This document shows, in pieces, positions 1-8,352 of a DNA stretch of 64,000 nt. The stretch is from a virus (Duplodnaviria; Caudoviricetes). The translations under genes were made by a program, and so were the position numbers. The notes beneath the pieces were generated by a model that searched no databases, had not been told where the DNA came from, and saw only the letters and a program-made list of their open reading frames with translations. Location: positions 12,865-76,864 of IMG/VR virus record IMGVR_UViG_3300028531_000001. One strand, 5' to 3'. The first letter of the stretch is position 1; the number at the start of each line of letters is the position of its first letter.

Positions 1-2
1 CC

Positions 3-617
3 AACGACTGGAAGGTCGGCGAGTGCAAGACCGCCGGGGCCCCCTACCCGATGGGCGTGGTCAAGGGGGTCGAGGACCAGGCCCAGGTCGGCACGTCGAA
101 CTTCGTGCTGCGGCTGACCTGCGTGGCCGAGACCGACGTCCGGCTCCGCGGCGTGGCCGAGCCCACCGAGCGGTCGCCGATCTCGCGATCCATCACCCGG
201 ACGATCGACGCGGGCGACCGGCTCCGCAAGGAGACGATCACCAACTCCAGCGAGTTCTTCGTCGAGGGGTCCGAGGGCGAGACCGAGATCGTGGTCCGGG
301 ACGACACCGAGACCGCCGAGTACGAGGCCGCCGCCGCCCGCAACGCGACCGAGTTGGGGGTCCTGGAGGGGGACGGGATCACGATCCCCTACCTGACGAC
401 CCATTACCAGGTCGGCGACCGCATCCGCTCGATCCAGGGGCGGGGCCTGTCGCTCAGGACCGACAAGGGGACGCTCATCAATCCCGACCTGCCGGTGGTC
501 GTCGCCGTCCAGCACGACGGGGTGTCGCAGACGACGCAACTCTCGCTCTCCGACGCCGGGACGGCCCGGGTGAACTACGAACGCCGGACCAAGAGGCGCG
601 GCGATGGGCGGATATGA
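3..617 (+). CDS. Tail tip / baseplate hub-like protein, 3' part (5'-truncated by the window edge)
   Basis: Frame open from base 3 to the stop at 617, phage-like codon usage, first gene of the block ending at the 2512-2551 terminator; function inferred from position only. Confidence 0.5.
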   Translation, partial: NDWKVGECKTAGAPYPMGVVKGVEDQAQVGTSNFVLRLTCVAETDVRLRGVAEPTERSPISRSITRTIDAGDRLRKETITNSSEFFVEGSEGETEIVVRDDTETAEYEAAAARNATELGVLEGDGITIPYLTTHYQVGDRIRSIQGRGLSLRTDKGTLINPDLPVVVAVQHDGVSQTTQLSLSDAGTARVNYERRTKRRGDGRI

Positions 618-936
618 CGACGCGGAGATCCTGCGTGCCGAACGCCTGGCCGACGCCGACGCGGCCTCCGGGCCGGCCGACGACGCCGGGCTGGGCCGGT
701 CCACGCTCCTGGCACGCACGGTCTCCGACGGATCGTACCCGGCGACGGCCAAGGTCTTCTACGCGTGCGAGATCCTGGGCCTATTGGGCACCGAGGCCGA
801 GGGCGCGTCGGGCGTCGTGGCGGCCGTTTCCGGCTCCAAGGTCTTCGCCCGCAACCTCGGCGGGGGCGTCCCCCCGGCCGGGACCGAGGTGATCATCACG
901 CGCATCCCGCACCGCTGGGTCTTCCAGTATGATTGA
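604..936 (+). CDS. Small tail-tip protein (110 aa), paralogous to the N-terminus of the next gene
   Basis: Overlaps both neighbours; shares EILRA, LGTEAEG and HRWV motifs with 929-2251. Confidence 0.65.
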   Translation: MGGYDDAEILRAERLADADAASGPADDAGLGRSTLLARTVSDGSYPATAKVFYACEILGLLGTEAEGASGVVAAVSGSKVFARNLGGGVPPAGTEVIITRIPHRWVFQYD

Positions 937-2251
937 CGACGACGCCGAGCTGGAGATCCTGCGTGCCGGCCGCTCCGGACTGGTCGACGCCGGGGGCCGA
1001 CGCCAGCCCCCGGGCGAACTGGGCAATCAGCGGATGGTCGGCCGGGTGACGACGCCCACGGCCGAGATCGAGGTCAAGAAATACCTCGTCGTGAACCCCG
1101 TCCGCATCCTGGGCACCGAGGCCGAGGGCCAGCCCGGGACGCTCACGGCGGACACGTCGGTCTCGCAGCCGGTCTACCTCGTCGGGCCGGGCAAGCCGGC
1201 GCAGGGGGACGACCTGATTTGCGAGCGGCTGACCCATCGGTGGGTCGCACGCAAGAAGGGCGGCGGCGGCCGGTTCCTGATCACCGACAGGGACGGGTGC
1301 TCGCTGGCGGCCCGGCCGGGCGTGACGGTCACGGTCAAGAACGCGTCGAATATCACGGTCGCGACGGGCGTGACGAACTTCCTGGGCCAGTACCTGACCC
1401 CCGAACTCCCGTCGTCCGGCAATCCCTACACGATCACCGCGCCGGGGTACACGTCGGGCAGCCTGACGTGGGAGGAGGCGACGGCGACGGCGAGCATCGT
1501 GACCGGGACGACCCCCGTGGAACTCCTGCACCTGTCGGAGAACACGGCGTATTTCCGGCTCCGGATCAACAACCCCTGCCCCGTCGGGTTCTCCGACCAC
1601 GAGCGCCTGCCCGGCGCGACGGTCAGGATCGTCGGCCCGAACGGGTTCGACGAGACCCGCATCACCGATTCGATGGGGATGGCCGATTTCCCCGAGATCC
1701 ACCGGACCTTCCAGGAACGCGGCGCCGCATTCGACCTCACGGTGACCCACCCCGACTTCGCGACGTTCGACTTCCCGAGCTATCTCGTCATGGGATGCGA
1801 GACGACCGGGCCTCAGAACGAGACGCTGACGATGAACCACAATGAGGACCGGTTCTACTCGGGCCGGCTCTCCGCGGGCAACGCCTGCTGGAATCGCCCG
1901 ATGCCGGCCCAGGTCTCGATCACGATCCTCTTCGACGGGTCCGACCCGGTGATGACGAACGCGAGCGGGACGGTCGTCGCGAACCTCACCAGCCTGGGCG
2001 GCACCTGGTTCTATTCCTCCGACCCGGTCGACCTCGGGACGGGGTACACCGCCGTCTACAACTTCGCGCTCATCGGGGATTGCAATTTCGCAACCGCCCA
2101 GGCCGGCGTCGGAGTCGACTTCTACAACACGTTCGGCCTCGACACCAGCTACGGGACCTCCGACATGACGGGCACGACCTGCCCCGGGCCGACGTTCGGT
2201 TATTCCGGGGCGGGAACGGGCATCATTTCCGCATCGGCGGCCAGCCTCTGA
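929..2251 (+). CDS. Putative tail fibre / receptor-binding protein with two Cna-B/carboxypeptidase-regulatory-like beta domains
   Basis: Repeated PGVTVTV..TGVTN..GQY and PGATVRI..RITDS.G.ADF segments, Thr/Gly-rich C-terminus, last large gene of the tail operon. Confidence 0.55.
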   Translation: MIDDDAELEILRAGRSGLVDAGGRRQPPGELGNQRMVGRVTTPTAEIEVKKYLVVNPVRILGTEAEGQPGTLTADTSVSQPVYLVGPGKPAQGDDLICERLTHRWVARKKGGGGRFLITDRDGCSLAARPGVTVTVKNASNITVATGVTNFLGQYLTPELPSSGNPYTITAPGYTSGSLTWEEATATASIVTGTTPVELLHLSENTAYFRLRINNPCPVGFSDHERLPGATVRIVGPNGFDETRITDSMGMADFPEIHRTFQERGAAFDLTVTHPDFATFDFPSYLVMGCETTGPQNETLTMNHNEDRFYSGRLSAGNACWNRPMPAQVSITILFDGSDPVMTNASGTVVANLTSLGGTWFYSSDPVDLGTGYTAVYNFALIGDCNFATAQAGVGVDFYNTFGLDTSYGTSDMTGTTCPGPTFGYSGAGTGIISASAASL

Positions 2252-2265
2252 TTGGATGGTGCCCC

Positions 2266-2508
2266 TTGGCATGGAGACACGACCTCTCGTCCCGCGAGAA
2301 TTTCGACCTGCTCTATCCGACCCATCGGGCCGAGGACCTGGCCCCCGACCCCGCATTCCTGGCCGCGAAAGACTGCACCACGTTCGTCGTCGACGAGGCG
2401 TGCGGGTGCTGCGACCGTCGGTGTCTCAAGGACGGCCTGCCCGGCAAGATCGTCTGCATGAAGGACTGCCTCGACTGCAAGTCGGCCGAGATTGCAGCCG
2501 ACCAATGA
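2266..2508 (+). CDS. Small Cys-rich protein (about 80 aa, probable TTG start)
   Basis: Frame of ORF 2080..2508 has GC3-rich codons from about 2266; CGCCDRRC and CMKDCLDC clusters; ends just before the terminator. Confidence 0.5.
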   Translation: MAWRHDLSSRENFDLLYPTHRAEDLAPDPAFLAAKDCTTFVVDEACGCCDRRCLKDGLPGKIVCMKDCLDCKSAEIAADQ

Positions 2509-2511
2509 AGG

Positions 2512-2551
2512 ACGCCCGCCTCCCGCGATCTGCGAGGGGCGGGCGTTTTTT
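2512..2551 (+). terminator. Rho-independent terminator of the tail operon
   Basis: ACGCCCGCC...GGCGGGCGT stem followed by a T6 run. Confidence 0.85.
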
Positions 2552-2571
2552 AGCTGGCATTTTGCCTGATG

Positions 2572-2763
2572 TCAGTCGTCTTTTCGCTCTCGCACCGGGC
2601 CGCGGTATTCCGGCCTGCGCAGCGGCCTGACGTCGGCCTTCTTGGTACCGCTCGGAGCGTAACCAACAGAGCCGGTGGTGAGCGAGACCGTCGCGGAAAA
2701 CTCCGGCTGAGCAGGTTTTGACACCCTGACATCTTCTGGAAGAATTACGCTACTCTGGCTCAT
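2572..2763 (-). CDS. Hypothetical protein, coupled to 2750-3172
   Basis: 63-aa ORF overlapping the stop of the upstream gene, low-GC segment. Confidence 0.4.
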   Translation of the reverse strand: MSQSSVILPEDVRVSKPAQPEFSATVSLTTGSVGYAPSGTKKADVRPLRRPEYRGPVRERKDD

Positions 2764-3172
2764 TGGTAGCCTCCGGTGGCTGGATTAGGAACAGGTTTAA
2801 CCTTCTCTCCAGCAAGAAAGTGCTGCTTGAGAAAAGTTGTACGCGGTAGGTGCCTGGTTCAGGAAAGACCACTTGGGGGATCTGAATCATTATTGTATGG
2901 ACTGCGAGCGGATCGGACGACTCAATTTCCAGTTCCGCCTTAGCTAATGGCGGCAAGGACTCGTCATCATGGACGAGCAAAAGCGTGACGGGAAACGAGC
3001 TTCGAGCATCAGTTAGCTCGGCGACAGCAGCCATTAGCGGATGCATTGCCGGAAACTTGTGAGCGGGGATGTTTTCAAAGCAACCGATAATCGAGACCTT
3101 TCCTGTTAGCTGGTCCCGGATAACTTGGTCGCAGATGTGGAGTGACAGGATGAACGGCGGCTGGTTTGTCAT
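2750..3172 (-). CDS. DUF6941-like beta-sandwich protein (moron)
   Basis: LHICDQVIRD..TGKVSIIG.FENI....FP signature and PEPGTYRVQL C-terminal strand; ATG at 3172; about 50% GC (30/60 at 2761-2820). Confidence 0.65.
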   Translation of the reverse strand: MTNQPPFILSLHICDQVIRDQLTGKVSIIGCFENIPAHKFPAMHPLMAAVAELTDARSSFPVTLLLVHDDESLPPLAKAELEIESSDPLAVHTIMIQIPQVVFPEPGTYRVQLFSSSTFLLERRLNLFLIQPPEATNEPE

Positions 3173-3449
3173 TTTGTTTCCCGAAGCTTGCTGAGCCTGA
3201 CTGCTTTGAATATCCGGGAGTGACGTCTGAAACTTTAGGTTATTCCGAAGCAAGGAGCGAGCCGGCTACGCGGGAGACACCGCCCATCGTATTTTTCTTT
3301 CCTCACCCCCCTATAGACACGTGGAAGGAGGGCTTCTGCATCCCTCAGGGCGCCACCGTGTTATCTATTGCCACCAACGACTTACATCAAATCCGACCCC
3401 TCCAGACCGCCACCCCACCCGCTTATGCGTTCGAGGCTCAGTCGGCCCG

Positions 3450-4055
3450 TCAGGCGAACCTGCGGGCGAGCCCCAAAACCCCGGCCAGCCCCAGGCCGAG
3501 CATGGCCAGCGACGCGGGCTCGGGCACGACCTGCGGGGGCAGCGTGATCGAGAACTGGATGTCGCCGACGAATCGCCGCCCGTCGGACAGCGTCCCCGAC
3601 CCCTGCGCCAGGCCCTCGACGGTCCCGACCGCCAGGAATCCCGTGTCGAGCACCGTCGAGGTCGGGTCGAAGGCCGAGAACCAGCCGCTCTCCATGCGGC
3701 TCGTGTAGCTGCCGCTGATCCCGACCCCGTCCGGGCCGCGGTAGACCCTCGCCGAGTTGACCGCCTCGCCCTGGGTCAGGTCGGAGATGGAGAGGAACGC
3801 CATTTCGGGGGAGTCGAAGCCGATCTCGATGTACGGCGGGAACGGGTCCTCCGGGTCGCGGGTCTCGACCTTGAAGGACAGCGTCCCGGACGACGCGGTA
3901 CTGAGCCTCTCGACCCCGCCGCCGGGGTTGAAGATCGTGAGGGTGGCGGTGACCTGGGCGTTCTGGACCTGGAACGTCACGGACTCGGCGGACGCGGGCC
4001 GGGCGGCGAACGCGGCGGCGAGCACCGCGGCGAGGATGGGCAGGCGGGCGGGCAT
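3450..4055 (-). CDS. PEP-CTERM sorting-domain surface protein (201 aa)
   Basis: Signal peptide MPARLPILAAVLAAAFAARPASA; C-terminal VPEPASLAMLGLGLAGVLGLARRFA; AAGGAGG RBS before the ATG at 4055. Confidence 0.92.
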   Translation of the reverse strand: MPARLPILAAVLAAAFAARPASAESVTFQVQNAQVTATLTIFNPGGGVERLSTASSGTLSFKVETRDPEDPFPPYIEIGFDSPEMAFLSISDLTQGEAVNSARVYRGPDGVGISGSYTSRMESGWFSAFDPTSTVLDTGFLAVGTVEGLAQGSGTLSDGRRFVGDIQFSITLPPQVVPEPASLAMLGLGLAGVLGLARRFA

Positions 4056-4148
4056 CGGGGTTCCTCCTTGGACGGGCTCCGGGCGGGATCTTCCGGGGGA
4101 CATTCTGTCGTGCTGACACCACCGATTGCAATCACCCGGCGAACAAAG

Positions 4149-4180
4149 CGGGGGCCGGCCATCGCGCGCCGGCCCCCGTT
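4149..4180 (-). terminator. Probable terminator hairpin upstream of the PEP-CTERM gene
   Basis: CGGGGGCCGG...CCGGCCCCCG stem followed by CTTTGTT on the minus strand. Confidence 0.55.
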
Positions 4181-4207
4181 CCTGCATTGCGGGGTCGATT
4201 ATGACGG

Positions 4208-4354
4208 TCACAAGTGCTTGCGCCAGGAGAACATCAGCAGCGAGCCGAGGACGATCACGCCGGCCAGGGCGGCGGGCATGGACAGGTCGATGACCAGGTT
4301 CAGTAGGTCCGAGCCTTGATGGCTTGAGACCGCCAGGGAGATTCCCAGGGACAT
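4208..4354 (-). CDS. 48-aa single-pass membrane protein
   Basis: Hand translation MSLGISLAVSSHQGSDLLNLVIDLSMPAALAGVIVLGSLLMFSWRKHL with GGAAGG upstream; below the ORF-track length cutoff. Confidence 0.5.
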   Translation of the reverse strand: MSLGISLAVSSHQGSDLLNLVIDLSMPAALAGVIVLGSLLMFSWRKHL

Positions 4355-4598
4355 CGTCAGCAATCCTTCCGCGGTCGTCGGTCCGGGGCCTTCCCTGCGG
4401 TGGTGGGTGAGATCGCCCGCACCATCCCGGCCGGGGGCGACATTCGGTCAGGCGCGGGCCGGGGCCCGTTCCAGTTCGGTCACTTCGGAGTAGTGGCGGA
4501 CATACCTCGCGGGGCGGTACGGCAGGGCGTCCGGGCTGAACTCGCGGACGCATTCTCTCAGGATCGAGCGGAGCGGCCTCGGGGCCTCGGGCTCGACC

Positions 4599-4946
4599 TC
4601 AGCGGGCCACGGACGAGGGGAACTCGACGACCGGGCCGCGTGGGGTCGCCCGGAGCGTCGCGACGTGGAGCGTGCCATCGTGGATCTCGTAGTGCCAGGT
4701 GTCGGGGGCATCGTCTCGGCCGTCGGGCAGGCTCTGCGCCGACCAGGCCAACGCCTTCTCCAATGTCAGGTCGGAGCCGATCAGGAGGGTGATCGAGTTG
4801 ACCTCCCCCTGCTCCACCCCGAGCCGCGTGAACTGCCGGAACCGCCTGCCGGGGGCCAGCGGCCCGATCAGGTGGACCGCCCCGTGCTCGTAGGGGTCGG
4901 GCTCGGGCAGGTCCTCGCAGCGGACGACGAGCGGGACTGGGAACAT
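4599..4946 (-). CDS. Hypothetical protein
   Basis: 115-aa ORF with GAGG RBS directly downstream of the antirepressor gene. Confidence 0.55.
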   Translation of the reverse strand: MFPVPLVVRCEDLPEPDPYEHGAVHLIGPLAPGRRFRQFTRLGVEQGEVNSITLLIGSDLTLEKALAWSAQSLPDGRDDAPDTWHYEIHDGTLHVATLRATPRGPVVEFPSSVAR

Positions 4947-4971
4947 GCGTCACCTCGTCTCGAGGGTTCGG

Positions 4972-5820
4972 TCATCTCAGGCTCAGGACGGCGGGCGACG
5001 GCTCGGGCCCCGCGGCGGGCTCGGCCCGGATCAGGTCGAGCACCGCGGCCTTCCAGCGGATCGGCTGGATCGGCGTCCCGTCGGAGTGGCGTTTGTTGAG
5101 GTCCACGTAGACCCCGAAGACCTTGCTGGCCGGCGTCATCTCCCAGTGCTTGCGGGGCTTGACCTGGAGCCCGGCGGAGGCGAGCCGGAGGTTGACGTCG
5201 CGGGGGCCGATCCCGCCGAGCATCGCGCCCAGTTCGGTCGGCGTGCACAACTTCTCGTTCTCGGGCGACGGCAGGGCGATGGCAAGCTGATCGAGGACGC
5301 TAACTCCCCTGCCCTTGCGGTATCCCTTGTCCGCGGCGAGCAACGCCTGGTTGCCCTCCAGGCCGCACATGCCGACGATCGCCAGGCAGGCGGCGAAGTC
5401 GGTCTGCATCGCGGCGTAGTTGACGCCGGCAGGCTGGACGGGCGGCAGCAGGCCGAAGTGGCGGGCCAGGGCGTCGCGGCACTCGACCTGGAAAAGCTCG
5501 AGTTTCGGGCGGATCTCCGGGCCGACCTTACCGACGTTGATGGTCGCCAGCCACATGGGGACGGAGTTCAGGTCGAGCAGGAATTGTTCCTGCACATGTC
5601 CTCTCTCGTCTGGTGTGGGCATAATGCCCATACGAGCCCACGAAGATGCCCTGAGCTTCTTGAGTTGGGTCGTCAGGTCGATCCCCAGGCTCTCGCAGAT
5701 CCGGCGGACGGAGACGAGCACCTGCCCTTCCGGGGTGCGGATCGCTTGCAGTTGGTCGCCGTGGAACTCGATCGTCTCCAGGCGGTTGCGGTCGCTCGGT
5801 AGTACGGGGACGCTGGACAT
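4972..5820 (-). CDS. Phage antirepressor with P22_AR N-terminal domain
   Basis: IEFHGDQL...VSVRRICESLGID..TQLKKL...FLLDLNSVPMWLATIN..KV...IRPKLELFQVEC.DAL..HF is the P22 Ant N-domain pattern; ATG at 5820. Confidence 0.85.
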   Translation of the reverse strand: MSSVPVLPSDRNRLETIEFHGDQLQAIRTPEGQVLVSVRRICESLGIDLTTQLKKLRASSWARMGIMPTPDERGHVQEQFLLDLNSVPMWLATINVGKVGPEIRPKLELFQVECRDALARHFGLLPPVQPAGVNYAAMQTDFAACLAIVGMCGLEGNQALLAADKGYRKGRGVSVLDQLAIALPSPENEKLCTPTELGAMLGGIGPRDVNLRLASAGLQVKPRKHWEMTPASKVFGVYVDLNKRHSDGTPIQPIRWKAAVLDLIRAEPAAGPEPSPAVLSLR

Positions 5821-5864
5821 TGTCTTCTCCGGCTTGGATGGGGTGAGGGCTCGGAGGGGCGGGC

Positions 5865-6356
5865 TCAGGCTTCGAAGACGTAGCAGGACTCTTCCGCCAG
5901 GCCGAACTCGAACGCCTCGCGGGCGTCGAACATCTCGATCAGGCGGTACTGCTCGTCGATCTCGTGATTGGCGATCTCGTCCAGCTCGGCCTCGACCTCG
6001 GCGCGGGCGTCCATCTCGGCGCGGAGGCGGACGAACTCGGCCGGGGCCATCGCTTCGTCGGCGGCGAAGTCGGCGAGCACGTCGCCGCAAGCCGGGTCGG
6101 CCTGGATCGCCCGCAGGTGGCGGTGCAGTTCGGCCGACTTCCGCGAGAGTTCGTTGGACCGAGCGAGAATCGCCTTGCGTGCGTCGAAGGCGGCATCGCT
6201 GTCGTCGCCCCAGGTGGCGTCAATCTGGTCCGAGAGGGAGAGTTGGATGAGGGCGATGTCGTCGATCCGGTCGAGGATCTCGATCGCGTCGGTGCCGTAG
6301 GAGGAGACGGGGATGGAGGCGTGGACGGACCGGGGGCGGGAGACTACCATGTTCAT
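5865..6356 (-). CDS. Acidic hypothetical protein, first gene behind promoter/leader A
   Basis: 163 aa, D/E-rich, GAGG RBS. Confidence 0.65.
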   Translation of the reverse strand: MNMVVSRPRSVHASIPVSSYGTDAIEILDRIDDIALIQLSLSDQIDATWGDDSDAAFDARKAILARSNELSRKSAELHRHLRAIQADPACGDVLADFAADEAMAPAEFVRLRAEMDARAEVEAELDEIANHEIDEQYRLIEMFDAREAFEFGLAEESCYVFEA

Positions 6357-6359
6357 CAG

Positions 6360-6491
6360 ACCTGACCTCGTGCTAGCGGGGTTTGGTTCAGGCTCGGTCG
6401 GGAGGGCTCAATCTCCCGGCCGGGCCGTTTTCGTTTGTCGCGTCTCTCGACCCGACAAGAGCATATTAACTCTGGGTCTGTACTGAGTCAA
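6360..6491 (-). promoter_or_regulatory. Sigma70-type promoter plus conserved hairpin leader (copy A)
   Basis: TTGACT(6491-6486)-N17-TAATAT(6468-6463); 14-bp-arm hairpin 6391-6426 homologous to 16840-16873. Confidence 0.75.
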
Positions 6492-6604
6492 CAGAAAAGG
6501 GAAATAAAATCCGGTCTGGATTCCTCTCGGGTATTGCGTAGAGTTAAGTCGGTGCTAGAATCCCGTCAGACTGGATGTTGTCTCGTCTTTATGGATGCCC
6601 CGAC

Positions 6605-6814
6605 ATGGCTCCCGACAAACCTAAGAAATCAGTGAGCAAGCAGCCGACGGCAATCACGGTCAGGGGATCGAAGGAATGGCGCAGTTGGGTTGAGAAGATG
6701 GCAAAACACTGCATGACGGACACGTCGAAGCTCGTTGATGCAGCATTAGCGAGATATGGTAAGGAGCAGGGATTCGATGAGCCTCGACCTGACAGGCAAG
6801 GCGAGAACAGCTAA
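6605..6814 (+). CDS. Small ribbon-helix-helix-like regulator, divergent from promoter A
   Basis: TAITVRGS (beta strand), KEWRSWVEKMAKH (helix), TSKLVDAALARY (helix) pattern. Confidence 0.6.
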   Translation: MAPDKPKKSVSKQPTAITVRGSKEWRSWVEKMAKHCMTDTSKLVDAALARYGKEQGFDEPRPDRQGENS

Positions 6815-6913
6815 CCGCCTTGCTTCGTGATCTGGCTTACCCTTGCCGAATCGCCTCATAACCCGCAAGAATGGTTGCCATCAATCAACGGCACCATCCC
6901 TGCGGGTTTTCTC

Positions 6914-8020
6914 ATGCCGATTTCAGTGACCTGCCCATGCGGCAAGAAACTCAAGGCACCCGACGAACTGGCGGGCCGGGTGGCCAAGTGCCCGAAGTGC
7001 GGGGCGAATCTGGATATTCCGGTCGAGTTCGCGGTCCCGGTGCTTGAAGCGGAGCCCGAGCCCGAGCCTGAGCCGCAGGCCGCGACGGCAGCCGATTCCC
7101 GGCCCGACGGCTGGATCGTCCGGTGGATGAAGGACCCGGTTGCGTTCGGCGGGACGCTCGTCATCGTGCTCCTGGTCGTTGGAGGAGGCATCTTCGTCTC
7201 CAACCACAACATCCGCATGGGCAAGATCGACGAGATCCAGCGGCTGCACGAGCAGGGCCACGGACTGATCCGGGAGGGCGAGATCCTGGACGGCTATGCC
7301 ACGCTCATGGAGTCGATTCGGATGGCCTCGCCCGACGGCCTCGGGGACGAGGGGACGCGTCAGACGCTCGATTCCGACCGCGAGACGGTTGCCAGGATCC
7401 TGCCGCAGGTCGAGGCCGAGCGGAAGAAGCTGATCGAGGAACGGCGAGCCGCGGAACTGGCCGCACTCCGGGAGGAGCAAGGGCGTCGCGAGGCCGAAGA
7501 AGCGGAGGCCCGATCCAGGCTCAAATGGAGCGTCGAGGGCCAGGTCGTGCTCGAGCTCAAGAACGGCAAGGCGATCACGCTGCCGGACCTGAGCGTGCGG
7601 ATCCTCAAGCCGATGGTCCCGATCGGGGACCTCGGGGAAGAAGAGAGCGGTGCCCTGCTCTCGACCGTGGCTTTCGCCGGCAAGACGGTCCGCGACGACG
7701 TGAACCTCCTGCTGGTCTTCCTGGCCTGCCGCCACGAGATGATCACCAGCACGGCCTACACGGACTTCCAGAAGATCCGCAAATACACCGACGACCCCAC
7801 CTGGCCGCCGATCGCCGGGAAAGCCACGGTCGCCCGGGCCGTGACCGACCATAGCGGCCGGTTCAGGATCGCCGACGTCCCCGACGGCAAATACCTCGCC
7901 TACGCCAAGTATCGCTCCGAGGCGGATTACATCGAATGGTGCACGCCGATCGAGGTCCACGCCGACACGAAAATCGAGCTCAATAACGAGAAGGCCGCGA
8001 TCCTCCTGGACGGACGGTGA
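6914..8020 (+). CDS. Membrane protein with N-terminal Zn ribbon, one TM helix, coiled coil and C-terminal carboxypeptidase-regulatory-like domain
   Basis: MPISVTCPCGKKLKAPDELAGRVAKCPKCG (planctomycete-type Zn ribbon), TM AFGGTLVIVLLVVGGGIFV, TDHSGRFRIADVPDGKY. Confidence 0.7.
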   Translation: MPISVTCPCGKKLKAPDELAGRVAKCPKCGANLDIPVEFAVPVLEAEPEPEPEPQAATAADSRPDGWIVRWMKDPVAFGGTLVIVLLVVGGGIFVSNHNIRMGKIDEIQRLHEQGHGLIREGEILDGYATLMESIRMASPDGLGDEGTRQTLDSDRETVARILPQVEAERKKLIEERRAAELAALREEQGRREAEEAEARSRLKWSVEGQVVLELKNGKAITLPDLSVRILKPMVPIGDLGEEESGALLSTVAFAGKTVRDDVNLLLVFLACRHEMITSTAYTDFQKIRKYTDDPTWPPIAGKATVARAVTDHSGRFRIADVPDGKYLAYAKYRSEADYIEWCTPIEVHADTKIELNNEKAAILLDGR

Positions 8021-8164
8021 TCCGCCCCCCGCCCCGCGCGAAACGCCCCTCCGGTAGGCGTTGCCAAAATTCAACATCGATCCCGCAAACCTAACGCCCA
8101 ACCCGCCTAAATCGCCCTCGGCTCCCACCCCGCGTCGTTTCGGCCGAATCCGGGCCCGAAATGC

Positions 8165-8193
8165 TTGCATACTGAATATCAGTACACTAAAGT
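8165..8193 (+). promoter_or_regulatory. Promoter with a palindrome in the spacer
   Basis: TTGCAT(8165-70)-N17-TAAAGT(8188-93); TACTGA-ATA-TCAGTA at 8170-8184. Confidence 0.55.
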
Positions 8194-8290
8194 CTGCCTG
8201 TGAGGGGCGGCCCCGGGGTCTTCACACGCCGCCTTGCGGGCGTCGGCGGGGCGTCCGACGGATCGTGATACTTGGGGGTTTGTGCGAGAA

Positions 8291-8319
8291 TTGACGCGAA
8301 CACGTCTCATGAATAAGCT
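8291..8319 (+). promoter_or_regulatory. Candidate sigma70 promoter for 8353-8682
   Basis: TTGACG-N17-TAAGCT. Confidence 0.45.
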
Positions 8320-8352
8320 GGCGTCTTCATCGTTGTTTGCCAGCATGACTCG

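Noticed and set aside
896-2356. Long antisense or alternate-frame ORFs (also 40567-41835, 53507-54364, 59617-60906, 60925-62508 and many Arg/Pro-rich ones)
   Set aside because: Shadow ORFs expected at high GC; they overlap well-supported genes and have low-complexity R/P/G composition.
8170-8184. LexA SOS box
   Set aside because: TACTG and CAGTA are 5 bp apart rather than the 10 bp of the proteobacterial box; the planctomycete LexA motif is not known to me.
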